Shown: positions 21,194 to 31,080 of the stretch, one piece after another
How the letters are laid out: the number at the start of each line of letters is the position of its first letter
How positions within the stretch are numbered: the stretch's first letter is position 1
From: Bdellovibrionales bacterium
GTDB taxonomy: Bacteria; Bdellovibrionota; Bdellovibrionia; Bdellovibrionales; Bdellovibrionaceae
Length of the DNA: 64,000 nt
Direction: 5' to 3'
Assembly (NCBI GenBank): GCA_031370005.1
Contig: JANMPT010000025.1
Coordinates: 94,068 to 158,067, forward strand
Position numbers and translations under genes: made by a program
The notes under the pieces: model-generated
Seen by the model: only the letters and a program-made list of their open reading frames with translations
What the model was told of the DNA's origin: nothing
Database searches by the model: none

Positions 21194-21661
21194 GTGAATA
21201 AAGATTTCATGAAAAAAGCCATCCAACTATCTTTAGAAAATATGCGCAAAGGTGCCGGGGGGCCCTTTGGTGCTGTGGTTGTAAAGGAAGGAAAAATTAT
21301 CGGTTCTGGTTGGAATAAGGTGACGTCAACCAACGACCCCACAGCCCATGCTGAAGTGATTGCGATTCGTGATGCTTGTCACGTCCTTAATAATTATGAC
21401 CTTTCTGGTTGTGAAATCTATACAAGTTGTGAGCCTTGCCCAATGTGCTTGTCGGCAATCTATTGGGCCCGCATCGATATGATCTATTACGCAAATACTC
21501 GTCAAGATGCCGCCAATATAGATTTTGATGATGACTTCCTCTATCAGGAGATTCCTAAAAATATCGAAGACCGCAAAGTACCCATGGTTCAGTGTTGTCA
21601 CAATGATGCCATTGCGGTTTTTAAAGAGTGGCAAGAAAAACAAGATAAGATCGAATACTAA
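21194..21661 (+). CDS. guaD: Guanine deaminase / nucleoside deaminase (cytidine-deaminase fold)
   Basis: GGPFGA, DPTAHAE and CEPCPMC motifs. Confidence 0.8.
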   Translation: MNKDFMKKAIQLSLENMRKGAGGPFGAVVVKEGKIIGSGWNKVTSTNDPTAHAEVIAIRDACHVLNNYDLSGCEIYTSCEPCPMCLSAIYWARIDMIYYANTRQDAANIDFDDDFLYQEIPKNIEDRKVPMVQCCHNDAIAVFKEWQEKQDKIEY

Positions 21662-21873
21662 GCTGCAAAATAGCTGAGTAACTTATCAGACGTGAAGGTC
21701 AACGGTGTCTTACGCTCATTACCCTGTTCAAGCTCCATTTTTTTTACTTTTTGAGTTCCCAGGTTTTCAAACTTTCCTTGTTTCATTTTCTCGCCCAAAG
21801 GACCATCACATTTGTAGGTAGAGACATTCCCGTCTTTGTCTTGCACAGGAATGCAATTGACGTCCCTAAGCAT
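21658..21873 (-). CDS. Small hypothetical protein or gene fragment
   Basis: ORF track only; no recognisable motif. Confidence 0.35.
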   Translation of the reverse strand: MLRDVNCIPVQDKDGNVSTYKCDGPLGEKMKQGKFENLGTQKVKKMELEQGNERKTPLTFTSDKLLSYFAA

Positions 21874-21890
21874 TTGAGAAAGGTTCTTTC

Positions 21891-22187
21891 TTAACTCGCC
21901 TTAATGAGTGGTTTTGGGAGCTGCTTTGAGCGTTGGCGTACTTTTGAAATATCAACAGAATGTTGAAGATTTAGCCAAAATTCAGCACTCATGGAAAATG
22001 CGGCTGCAAACTTAACCGCTAGCTCTGGTGTGACGGCTGTGTGCCCCTTAACAACACGATTTATCGTTTTAGTATCAACATTGATATGAGTAGCGAAGGC
22101 TTTTTGCGTCAGGTTCAAGGGTCGCAAAAATTCCTCGCTGAGCATTTCTCCAGGGGTCACTGGGTTTTTAATTATACGCTTATTCAT
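21891..22187 (-). CDS. higA: HigA family antitoxin (XRE HTH)
   Basis: PGEMLSEEFL...SAEFWLNLQ signature. Confidence 0.92.
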   Translation of the reverse strand: MNKRIIKNPVTPGEMLSEEFLRPLNLTQKAFATHINVDTKTINRVVKGHTAVTPELAVKFAAAFSMSAEFWLNLQHSVDISKVRQRSKQLPKPLIKAS

Positions 22188-22205
22188 AAACTTTTCCTCG
22201 TCTTG

Positions 22206-22499
22206 TTAGTGGTAATCAACAACAGCTACTGCAGATGGGCCTTGGGCACTTGAGGGCCACTTAAAAAGGACTCGCCATTGATCATTCACACGAATGCTAT
22301 GGTAACCTAAAAGATCATCTTTCAAGGCCTCCAGCTGATTTCCAGGCGGCGCTTTTAAATCCGCAATTCTATGAGCGGCGTCAAGCGCTGCTAATTTTCG
22401 TCTTACGACCTTGTGAGTATTTGCCCATCCAACGCCTCGCGGAATCTTCTCATTTAGAAAAAATTTTTCTAGTTCTTTATCCGCAAACGACTGGATCAT
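22206..22499 (-). CDS. higB: HigB family toxin (RelE superfamily)
   Basis: MIQSFADK...PPGNQLEALK...HSIRVNDQWR...DYH; toxin-first gene order. Confidence 0.92.
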   Translation of the reverse strand: MIQSFADKELEKFFLNEKIPRGVGWANTHKVVRRKLAALDAAHRIADLKAPPGNQLEALKDDLLGYHSIRVNDQWRVLFKWPSSAQGPSAVAVVDYH

Positions 22500-22515
22500 C
22501 TGAACTCCATACATA

Positions 22516-22551
22516 TATTACCACATAGTGGGATACCACGCAATGGTAATA
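22516..22551. promoter_or_regulatory. Palindromic operator upstream of higBA (probable HigA autorepression site)
   Basis: TATTACCA...TGGTAATA inverted repeat enclosing CCAC-ATA-GTGG and ACCA-CGCAA-TGGT. Confidence 0.5.
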
Positions 22552-22675
22552 ATATAAAACCTTACGGGCAATGTAATTCGCTAATTTTTTTAATGAATTT
22601 GAAGCATTCGGACCCACAACCCACCCGGCGGTAACTGTTTCAGAATGAGTCGTTTGGAAGCACGAATTTAAAAGC

Positions 22676-22703
22676 TAAAGTCCTGATAAAAACACTCCGA
22701 CAA
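22676..22703 (+). promoter_or_regulatory. Possible sigma28 (FliA)-type promoter
   Basis: TAAA-N16-TCCGACAA versus consensus TAAA-N15-GCCGATAA. Confidence 0.35.
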
Positions 22704-22767
22704 GAACTAAGTCTAGTCCTGATGTGATTTAGCACTGTATAATAGTACCTAAGGGGTTTCCGTGGGA

Positions 22768-24090
22768 ATGAAGCGTTATTTAAATTATGTTATAAGGTAT
22801 TGTTTTAATTTATTGCCGCAATCTTTTCGCGTCCGTTTGATTCGTAATAAATTCTGGATCCCGGAGACAACCTGGGATCAGAGGTACACGATTAAAATCG
22901 CTGACACTCAAGAGGAATTGGAAGAGGCATACAGGCTCTTGCATGATTCTTATGTGAGTATGAAGTTAATGGATAAGCAGCCGCATGGCTTGCGCTGTAA
23001 CATCTATACCTTTTTACCGTACACGACAACCTTGATAGCAAAGTATGGCCGTGAAATAGTTGGGACAGTCACATTGATTAAAGACTCACAGATCGGCTTA
23101 CCATCGGATCATGATTATAAAAAGGAAAATGACGTCTATCGATGTCAAAACTTTAAACTCGTCGAGGTTTCTGCTCTGGCGATTTCGGAAAAGTTTCGCA
23201 ATAAAGGACACTCCGCGAGCCTGTTGTTGATGAAATACTTATATAACTATTCGGGTTACTACATGGACGCAAGTATGCTGATTTGCGCTGTTCATCCGCG
23301 TGCAGAAGACTTTTATAAGGCGCTTTTCGGTTTTGAAAAAAACGGCAAAGTAATTAAGTATGATTTTGCCAAGGGAGCATTGGCGATCCACTTAAGTCTT
23401 GGCTTCAAAGATAAAAAATTACACGAAGAAATGGTAGCTGAATTTTTTAGAAACAACCCAAAATATAGTCAGCCATCGGATCCATTTCCCGAGCGAAGTC
23501 TTAAGCTTTTTTGGATGGCAACGGACAAGCGATTTGTATACCCATCCCGTCGCGAAGAACAAGTTGTTGACCCAATATGGAATCCGCAATTATTAGAATA
23601 TTTTTTATTTGAAAAAACACAAGTTTACAAAGACTTTGATGACGAATCAAAAATTACGTTTATACAAATCTATCGACATATTTTTGATGTAAGCGCCTTA
23701 AGCCGTATTTTTAAAATTGATGATTTATGTCGCTATCGCGAGTTTCGATTTCCCATATCATTGACCGCCGCGATGTCAGTTAACGGCAATGTAATGATTG
23801 GCAAACTTATCGATATAACAAGCGAAGGTTGTTTTTTTGAATTTAATGCGGACATTAGTGCCGAAGAAAAAATTGAGCTTTTATTCCGGTTGGATGGGAA
23901 GTTGCACAAAGCTGTCGCCAGTATTGTTTGGAGAAATGAAAACAAACAAAATTCCCGTTATCCATTTGGTTATGGTATGAAATTTAACAAGTCCATTGAT
24001 GAAATTTCGACTTTACAAAAATCATGGTTAAGTGCGGACTCTGCTTCTGGTCATGACAGCGTGGCAAAGCCCTTAGTTCGAAAAGCCTGA
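22768..24090 (+). CDS. FeeM-like N-acyl amino acid synthase (GNAT) fused to a C-terminal PilZ domain
   Basis: AYRLLHDSY, VGTVTL..D...GLPSD, VEVSALA and VHPR..FY motifs; C-terminal R-rich motif, DITSEG, IVWRN and YGMKF. Confidence 0.72.
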   Translation: MKRYLNYVIRYCFNLLPQSFRVRLIRNKFWIPETTWDQRYTIKIADTQEELEEAYRLLHDSYVSMKLMDKQPHGLRCNIYTFLPYTTTLIAKYGREIVGTVTLIKDSQIGLPSDHDYKKENDVYRCQNFKLVEVSALAISEKFRNKGHSASLLLMKYLYNYSGYYMDASMLICAVHPRAEDFYKALFGFEKNGKVIKYDFAKGALAIHLSLGFKDKKLHEEMVAEFFRNNPKYSQPSDPFPERSLKLFWMATDKRFVYPSRREEQVVDPIWNPQLLEYFLFEKTQVYKDFDDESKITFIQIYRHIFDVSALSRIFKIDDLCRYREFRFPISLTAAMSVNGNVMIGKLIDITSEGCFFEFNADISAEEKIELLFRLDGKLHKAVASIVWRNENKQNSRYPFGYGMKFNKSIDEISTLQKSWLSADSASGHDSVAKPLVRKA

Positions 24091-24159
24091 TATTAAGTTA
24101 TTTCGAAATCTACACAAAAAATCTACATTGCAAACTTGTAGATCATGATAACTTAGTAC

Positions 24160-25608
24160 GTGGCAAAAAAAACGACTCTGACCCTCTTACAACTGAATGA
24201 TTTGCATGGGTATATAGAGCCTCACTGGGAGATGGTGCGTAAAACGGGAAGCTGGTCCTTCGAAAAATTGGGTGGCCTGGCCCGGATCGCAACTCTTTTC
24301 CGCAAAACGAGAGAGCATGCGCCAGACTCCGTACTCACTCTTGATAACGGCGACACATTTCATGGAACACAAGTGGCCGTTTTTAGCCGAGGACAGGCCT
24401 TAGTTCCACTTCTGAATGCGCTCAAAATTGATGCAATGACTGTTCACTGGGAGTTCGCCTACGGTCCTGAGGGCGTTCGTCAATTAGCAAGTAAGCTCAA
24501 CTATCCCATGCTCGCTATCAATTGCTATCGCAATGATGATGGTTCATTGTTTTTAAAGCCCTATGAAATGATTGAACGCGCTGGAGTTAGAATTGCGATC
24601 ATTGGACTTGCCTGTCCCATCGTGGATAAAACAATGCCAGCTTCATTTTCTGTAGGGCTGCGGTTTTCAATCGGAAACGAAGAGCTTCCATTTTGGATCC
24701 GAACAGCTAAAGAAAAAGATGGGGCGCAGCTGATTGTGGTGCTTTCGCACCTTGGGTTTCCTCAAGACGTACAGCTGGCCAAAGAGACTTCTGATATTGA
24801 TATTTTAGTTAGTGGGCATACTCACAATCGAATGGACCATGCCATTGTTGTAAATGGCACGGTGATTTTTCAGTCTGGTTGCCATGGTTCCTTTGTGGGA
24901 AGACTTGATATTGATCTCGCCGACGGAAAGATAGAGACCTTCCGCCACACTCTCATTCCTATAGATGATTCGCTGGAAGAGGATCCGGAAATACGTCAAC
25001 TCGTAAGTCTTGCCTTGGCTCCGCATAAGGAAGAAATGAATGCCATAGTTGGAGAAACCACTGCTCCCTTGCACCGATACTCAATGTTGAGCTCTCCCAT
25101 GGATGACGTGCTTTTGCAGGCTATCGCTGAAACTGCAAAAACGGAAATTGCATTCTCCAATGCCTGGCGATATGGGGCTCCGATTCCCGCAGGACAGGTA
25201 ACAGCGCAAGATCTGTGGAATATTATTCCTATGAATCCTATTATACAGACAGTAGAACTAACTGGATTTGAAATTTATCAGATGCTCGAGGAGAGTTTAG
25301 AGCGGACTTTTGCGGCAAACCCTTACGAACAAATGGGCGGCTATGTGAAAAGGATGCGAGGTCTTGTCCTTTATTTTAAGGCAGAAAACCCCAGCGGTCA
25401 TAGGATTGATCGTCTTTTTGTGAAAGACGGGCCCATTGTAGTGAAGCGCACTTACAAAGTAGCTTTTGTCACCTCACAAGGGGTGCCGAGTAAGTTCGGA
25501 AGTGCCCGTCAAAAACTTGATGTTGATGCAGTCACATCTCTTCGACAATTTTTCAAAAAAAACTCCCCAGTGACTCCATCGATTATTCAGACCGTCTATG
25601 AGATTTGA
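24160..25608 (+). CDS. Bifunctional metallophosphatase/5'-nucleotidase (SoxB-like), no signal peptide
   Basis: NDLHG, DNGD, HWEF, LSHLG and SGHTH motifs plus C-terminal nucleotidase domain. Confidence 0.82.
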   Translation: MAKKTTLTLLQLNDLHGYIEPHWEMVRKTGSWSFEKLGGLARIATLFRKTREHAPDSVLTLDNGDTFHGTQVAVFSRGQALVPLLNALKIDAMTVHWEFAYGPEGVRQLASKLNYPMLAINCYRNDDGSLFLKPYEMIERAGVRIAIIGLACPIVDKTMPASFSVGLRFSIGNEELPFWIRTAKEKDGAQLIVVLSHLGFPQDVQLAKETSDIDILVSGHTHNRMDHAIVVNGTVIFQSGCHGSFVGRLDIDLADGKIETFRHTLIPIDDSLEEDPEIRQLVSLALAPHKEEMNAIVGETTAPLHRYSMLSSPMDDVLLQAIAETAKTEIAFSNAWRYGAPIPAGQVTAQDLWNIIPMNPIIQTVELTGFEIYQMLEESLERTFAANPYEQMGGYVKRMRGLVLYFKAENPSGHRIDRLFVKDGPIVVKRTYKVAFVTSQGVPSKFGSARQKLDVDAVTSLRQFFKKNSPVTPSIIQTVYEI

Positions 25609-25711
25609 GTACATAATGTCCACCAAGGCTGTCTTACTGACTCATATTGAGAAAATTGAAAGACTTTGTGGACATCTATTATTTAAAATAAGTCTTTTTG
25701 TCCTTCGCTAT

Positions 25712-25738
25712 TAACCTTTGGTCGAGTTTGGCCGATGA
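25712..25738 (+). promoter_or_regulatory. sigma28 (FliA)-type promoter
   Basis: TAAC-N15-GCCGATGA, 40 bp upstream of the ATG at 25778. Confidence 0.45.
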
Positions 25739-25777
25739 GTCTAGTATAAGTAGAACTGATTTTCAGAAAGGCGTACA

Positions 25778-26182
25778 ATGAGTGACTCTAAAACCAAGAC
25801 CACACCAAACAGACGGCTTGCACCACGGAAGGAAGTCAGTCCAATCAATGTTTCCTATATAACGGCGCTTTCTGATTTCACAAAAATTGCGAAAAATTGT
25901 GAAATTATTGAGGCGTCCGCCACAGGACTTTTGTTGCTGATTAGGCGAGAGGATCTTCTACCAGCATCCCTCAGGAAAAACCTGAGTTTGGAGCTCTTGC
26001 TTGGTGAAAATATTTTTATGCATCTTGAAGACATGAACCTTGAAATATCGGGCTCTATCGCCAGAACACAGCTGATAGGTAAAAAGGGATTTCACGTGGC
26101 CGTTGACTACAGTGAAGATGCCCCTGAATACTGGCGGGAGTGTTTGATGGATTTACTTCCTGCTCCGGGGGAGTTTGAATAG
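25778..26182 (+). CDS. PilZ-like domain protein
   Basis: RRLAPR (RxxxR) and EASATG (DxSxxG-like) motifs. Confidence 0.6.
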   Translation: MSDSKTKTTPNRRLAPRKEVSPINVSYITALSDFTKIAKNCEIIEASATGLLLLIRREDLLPASLRKNLSLELLLGENIFMHLEDMNLEISGSIARTQLIGKKGFHVAVDYSEDAPEYWRECLMDLLPAPGEFE

Positions 26183-26185
26183 CAA

Positions 26186-26821
26186 TTAAAGACTTATAAA
26201 AGCTGGGAGCCCTTTTTCGCTAACCAATACAATGGAGTAGTGCGGGGGCAGGAACCAGCTGATTGCTTCGGCGATTCCCTGATGTTCCTTTACTGGCGGG
26301 TTGCCGAGGGACTCTAATGAAAATGCCAAATCATAATTTACGCGATCACTGCTAATTACCAAAATCTTGGGTGAATAAACGCTTTGATCTAAGAAGAACT
26401 GCTTTAAAATATGACGTACGTACTGAGGCAAATATTGAAGAGTGGGTTCACCGGCGTGGAGTTTGGCACCACCGTCGAGCTCAAAGGAACCAATTGAAAC
26501 CTCGGGCTTTGCTCTAAAGAACAGCCCAGTTTCTTTAAAATGCCAAACCATTCCGTAAGAGAAAACATAATCGGGATATTCTTTTTGAGGGTTTATAACA
26601 AGGCCCATGCCTTTAGTTGCAAGCCACTGAAGTATCTTTTGAGCAGGCTCATCGGCCTCTGGAGTGGCCTCTGTTAACAAATAAGGCCAGCCATCGGGAC
26701 CGATTTGTGGATCCTGCGAAAGCAGCTTTAGATTGCTTTGGGAAAGCTGCATAAAAAAATCAGTTTCCCATTGTGAATCACGGTTTTCATCAGAAACGCT
26801 AGTGAGCGCAATAATACTCAT
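26186..26821 (-). CDS. Conserved hypothetical protein
   Basis: Well-formed ORF in an operon with the L,D-transpeptidase; GPDGWPY motif. Confidence 0.65.
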   Translation of the reverse strand: MSIIALTSVSDENRDSQWETDFFMQLSQSNLKLLSQDPQIGPDGWPYLLTEATPEADEPAQKILQWLATKGMGLVINPQKEYPDYVFSYGMVWHFKETGLFFRAKPEVSIGSFELDGGAKLHAGEPTLQYLPQYVRHILKQFFLDQSVYSPKILVISSDRVNYDLAFSLESLGNPPVKEHQGIAEAISWFLPPHYSIVLVSEKGLPAFISL

Positions 26822-26827
26822 AAATAA

Positions 26828-27559
26828 TTAATACTCTTCCACGATAACGAGGGTTTTATAGCCCTTTTCATAAATCATTTTACCGCCAGCATCAAGTATT
26901 GGCTGCCCGGTGCGGGTGTCCAAAACAGGGATTAGGCCTCGATCTGCAGCAACAACAGCGCCGTGGATTTCTTGGATTACATTTTTGTGTACGCGGACGC
27001 ATCCGCTGGAGGCTCTGTTGCCCAAGGCGTTCTCACCTGCGGCCTCGCCGCCCTTAAGATCTGGTGGAACCTGGTGCACGGCCAAACCACGTTTTTCATT
27101 AAAAAACATCGCGTAGGGCATGTGGAATTTGTTTTCGCCAGAGCGGTAATCCACATTTTCCACACGCTTAATAACATAGAAGCCGCGAGTTGTATGACGC
27201 CAATGAGACTCCATTGCGCCACGATAAAATCGGCGAAGGAAGCCAGCTATTGGAGTTACATATTCAAGATCTTCACGGCCCGTTGAAACCTTGGTTTCCA
27301 AAATGAACTGGCGATTGGTGTAAAGGCGAAGCGTTTGAGCTTTGGCGGCTTTGTTGATAACAATCACATTTACGTATTGGCTCTGTGCAGTTTCATTTTT
27401 GAAATAAGCGTCTTCATTAAAAAGCACGCCTGGGGGCGCCTCATAAGAATCCTCAATCATAAGTCTTTGCTCAGCCTCGGAGCGGCTTTCTGCACGGGCA
27501 ACGGGGATCATGGCAATTAATGTGAGAACGATTGTAATTAACGCCAATAGGAATTTCAC
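26828..27559 (-). CDS. Secreted L,D-transpeptidase (YkuD family)
   Basis: VSTGR, MPYAMFF and AVH...ASSGCVR motifs; GGAGG RBS before GTG; signal peptide. Confidence 0.82.
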   Translation of the reverse strand: MKFLLALITIVLTLIAMIPVARAESRSEAEQRLMIEDSYEAPPGVLFNEDAYFKNETAQSQYVNVIVINKAAKAQTLRLYTNRQFILETKVSTGREDLEYVTPIAGFLRRFYRGAMESHWRHTTRGFYVIKRVENVDYRSGENKFHMPYAMFFNEKRGLAVHQVPPDLKGGEAAGENALGNRASSGCVRVHKNVIQEIHGAVVAADRGLIPVLDTRTGQPILDAGGKMIYEKGYKTLVIVEEY

Positions 27560-27819
27560 GGGTAAAGCCTCCAAAGACAAACGCGATCGGAGACAGACTC
27601 TATCAGAGATATCAGCAAGCGTTGAGAAGTATTATGAAAAATGTAAATCCTCCATTTTTCACTGAACTTTGTAGACTGCTTAGACAGAGAGTCAGGCTAA
27701 AAACGAAATAAACGGCTTTTAGCGCGATTAGCCTGTCTAACTAACTAACACAAACTTGACAACATTGTTTCTAAGCATGAGTTAGAAGTATTCAGCTTAA
27801 AACTTTTAGAGGAGATTTT

Positions 27820-28254
27820 ATGAAGTTTGCACGCGTACGCTTAGTCCTTGGTTTGACTTTTTTTACTGCAATAACTGCTACGGTTTCTGCCCATGCATCG
27901 CCTCATCGCGAGCAGACGGCCAACATCAAGATTCAATGCTTGAGCGCTGCCGGCGATCTTGTCCTTACACAGGAATTCGGTCAATATGGCCAGTGGCGCC
28001 GCAATAATACGGTACTTCATTCTGGTTATTACAAATTTGACTTTGAAAAAACACTTTCAGAGTTGCCAGTGGATCTTTCGAAAAGCACTGAGTATGGCGT
28101 TCCTTATTCTCAGCAGGATTTGATCTCAATTACTGACCGCAGCTTTGAAGCGGATGTCACCCTTTTTGGGAAAGCTGATGATGAAGTCATTGGCAAGGAT
28201 CATGTTCAATGCCAATCCCTGTTTGTTACTTACTGGGAGACTGTGATCGACTAA
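27820..28254 (+). CDS. Secreted hypothetical protein
   Basis: GGAG RBS, Sec signal peptide, Cys pair. Confidence 0.65.
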   Translation: MKFARVRLVLGLTFFTAITATVSAHASPHREQTANIKIQCLSAAGDLVLTQEFGQYGQWRRNNTVLHSGYYKFDFEKTLSELPVDLSKSTEYGVPYSQQDLISITDRSFEADVTLFGKADDEVIGKDHVQCQSLFVTYWETVID

Positions 28255-28258
28255 GACA

Positions 28259-30940
28259 TTAATTAGACAAGTCGTCCTTCAAAAAGTCAGTGGCTTCTTC
28301 TGATTTATTTGAGGCGCTTGTTGGTTCCGTGCCTTCGACAAAAGCTTGCCTCAGAACACTTTTGGTGGTCGCTGTGGCAAGCTTCCCGGTATCACTATCA
28401 ATATTTGCAAAGACGATACCTTCGGGTACTGGGAAGGTCATCTGCGGAAGCCCCTCGTGAGCGGCCTTCATATACTCAACCCAAATTGGAAGGGCTGCGT
28501 GGCCTCCGACCTCACCCTTACCAAGACTGTGTTCCTTATCAAAGCCCACCCACACGCCGGTTACAATTTGAGGTGTATAGCCGACAAACCAAGCATCAAA
28601 ATAGCCGTTTGTAGTGCCGGTTTTTCCGGCAACTTCGCGTCCAATTGCACGAGCGCGTCCCCCTGTTCCGTATTTATCTTCTACGACTCCTTTTAATAAA
28701 GTGGTCATGATGTACGCGGTTTGAGGTTTGATTAGCTGTTCTTTGTCTTCAAAGAAAAAATTGTAATCCGCTTTTTTCTTTTTATCTTCAACGAGCTGTT
28801 CTGGCGTCATGTTTTTAACTCTTTCTGCCAGGGCCTCTCGGCGCTCGTCAAATTGCTTATCAAGCTCGAGGATTTCTTTGTTAAAGCGAAGATCTAGGCT
28901 GACATCATCAAGAATTTTTTGGCCATTTTGATTTAGAACTTTGTGAATAATGATAGGTCTCAGCCTTTTTCCTAGTCGGCCGAATTGCCCAAAAACTTTC
29001 GTCATTTCGTACAAGGTGACACTGCTAGATCCGAGGACTAAAGTGAAATCTGGATTCAGAGGGCTAAAAATCCCGAGGCGTTTTGCATAATCTGTGGCCC
29101 ATGGAACACCGAGGTCTTCTATAACTTTGACGGAGGGGACATTCAGTGATTTCACCAAAGCATTACGGAATATCGTATCACCGCCGAAACTTTTAGAGTG
29201 ATTCGCGGGTCTCCAAGTCTTTGTGTCTTCCTGGCCTTCGCTGTCTTCTTTGTTTGGATCGGATTCTTCAAACACGATCGGCGAATCCATAATTGGTGTT
29301 GCTGGAGTAAAGCCTTTATCCAAAGCCGAGGCATAAACAATAGATTTAAATAAAGATCCAGTTTGTCGGGCAGCCTGCAGCGCACGATTGAACTCAGTGC
29401 GAGCAAAGCTGTAGCCGCCGACCATAGCAAGGACATCGGCAGTTTGCTCATCAAAGGAAAGTAAAGAGCCCTCAACAATTGGTTCTTGATCAAGCTCCAT
29501 GCCAAGGAATTTTCCAAAATCAGGAAGGCTGCTAGTTATAATATTTTTTTTATTTTTTACCGGGGCTGTTAAGCGTGAAGAGGTGAAGGCTTCACTAGTG
29601 ATTTTGACATAGACAATATCGCCGGCTTTGATTGCCTCTGAAGGTTTTTTAAGCGTATCTAAGTCCCAGCGCTTTTCAGTATTTGGCTTACGCGCCCAAG
29701 TCATGTCCGCAAAGTCGATCAGACCACGGGCATCTGCTACGCGAATGTAGACAAGGCCATCTTGATCATCAACTTTTTCTACAAGCCCCTCTACAGTTTG
29801 TCCTATCTTCATGTAAGAAGGTAAATTTTTAGAGACCTGTTTAGTGTTTTCACTGCTAGCTGGGTTAATGTCCGCAAATTTTCCGTCAAGCATGATTGTG
29901 CGCTCAGGAGTGGACTCTGCAATAAGTTTCTTATGGCCATCGATCAGAAACTTTTCAATTTCTTCTTTAGTTGAAAGCCGTCTTAAGGCTCCGCGAAAAC
30001 CCTGCCTTTTATCTAACTCTTTAAGGCCATTTACCACAGAATCTTGAGCTGCGATTTGTTTTTCCAGATCAATACTGGTGTAAATGCGGAGGCCCTTGTC
30101 TAGGACTTGTTCTTCTCCTAACTGAGCCACTAGCTGTTGGCGAACTGTTTCGAGGAAGAAAGGAGCATATTGCTCATAGTTTTCACGAACGTAAACTTTC
30201 ACAGGTTGCTTAACAGCTTCATCCGCTTCTGCTTTTGATATAAACCCCACGTCAGCCATGCGATGTAGAACATAAGTTTGTCTTTCTTTCGCACGCAGAG
30301 GGTTGGTCAGTGGGGAGTAACGAGTTGGCGCTTGGGGAAGTCCCGCCAAAATAGCCATCTCTGGCAGAATAAGTTTCTCAACAGTTTTGTGAAAGTAGGT
30401 TTGAGCGGCCGCTTCGACGCCATAAGCGCCTTGGCCGAAGTAGATTTGGTTCAGGTACAAATAGAGGATATCCTCTTTTTTTAAATTTTCTTCCATTTGC
30501 TGTGCAAGAATAGCCTCACGGATTTTTCTGAGAAGTGTTTTTTCAGTATCGCGCAAAAGCAAGGTCTTTGCGACTTGTTGTGTGATAGTAGAGCCACCTT
30601 GAACAGAGCGTCCGGCGCGCAGATTAGCAAAGGTCGCACGTAAAATGGCAAGATAGTTGATCCCACCGTGCTGGAAGAACTGATCATCCTCGGCTGCCAG
30701 GAACGAGTTCACTAGATTTTTTGGAATTTTCTCGTAAGGAACCAAAGTCCGACGTTGACGAAAGAACTCGCCAATTTTTTTATTATTACGATCAAAAACT
30801 TCAGAAACCAAAAGTGGCTGATAATCTTTCACTGTGATTAATTGAGGCAAATCTGCCCTGATGGAGCGAAAAACAAGATAAGCACTAGTAGCGCCCACAA
30901 TAGCCAGGGCAAGGCCTGCAAGAATAAGTTTTTTTAGCAC
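28259..30940 (-). CDS. mrcA: Penicillin-binding protein 1A (class A PBP)
   Basis: EDDQF..HGG, GGSTITQQVAK, SLFK (SxxK), SLN and KTGT motifs. Confidence 0.92.
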   Translation of the reverse strand: MLKKLILAGLALAIVGATSAYLVFRSIRADLPQLITVKDYQPLLVSEVFDRNNKKIGEFFRQRRTLVPYEKIPKNLVNSFLAAEDDQFFQHGGINYLAILRATFANLRAGRSVQGGSTITQQVAKTLLLRDTEKTLLRKIREAILAQQMEENLKKEDILYLYLNQIYFGQGAYGVEAAAQTYFHKTVEKLILPEMAILAGLPQAPTRYSPLTNPLRAKERQTYVLHRMADVGFISKAEADEAVKQPVKVYVRENYEQYAPFFLETVRQQLVAQLGEEQVLDKGLRIYTSIDLEKQIAAQDSVVNGLKELDKRQGFRGALRRLSTKEEIEKFLIDGHKKLIAESTPERTIMLDGKFADINPASSENTKQVSKNLPSYMKIGQTVEGLVEKVDDQDGLVYIRVADARGLIDFADMTWARKPNTEKRWDLDTLKKPSEAIKAGDIVYVKITSEAFTSSRLTAPVKNKKNIITSSLPDFGKFLGMELDQEPIVEGSLLSFDEQTADVLAMVGGYSFARTEFNRALQAARQTGSLFKSIVYASALDKGFTPATPIMDSPIVFEESDPNKEDSEGQEDTKTWRPANHSKSFGGDTIFRNALVKSLNVPSVKVIEDLGVPWATDYAKRLGIFSPLNPDFTLVLGSSSVTLYEMTKVFGQFGRLGKRLRPIIIHKVLNQNGQKILDDVSLDLRFNKEILELDKQFDERREALAERVKNMTPEQLVEDKKKKADYNFFFEDKEQLIKPQTAYIMTTLLKGVVEDKYGTGGRARAIGREVAGKTGTTNGYFDAWFVGYTPQIVTGVWVGFDKEHSLGKGEVGGHAALPIWVEYMKAAHEGLPQMTFPVPEGIVFANIDSDTGKLATATTKSVLRQAFVEGTEPTSASNKSEEATDFLKDDLSN

Positions 30941-31080
30941 GGAGGTGGCTCCTTAAGCATATTAAATTCAGCCACCATTTTAACAGCGTGATGAGGGAGG
31001 GTCTAGCAATGAAAAAAAAGCCATCGAGAGGTCGAGCTAGTCCGATGACGAGGTAAAATTACTAGGGAACAAATAAATAT

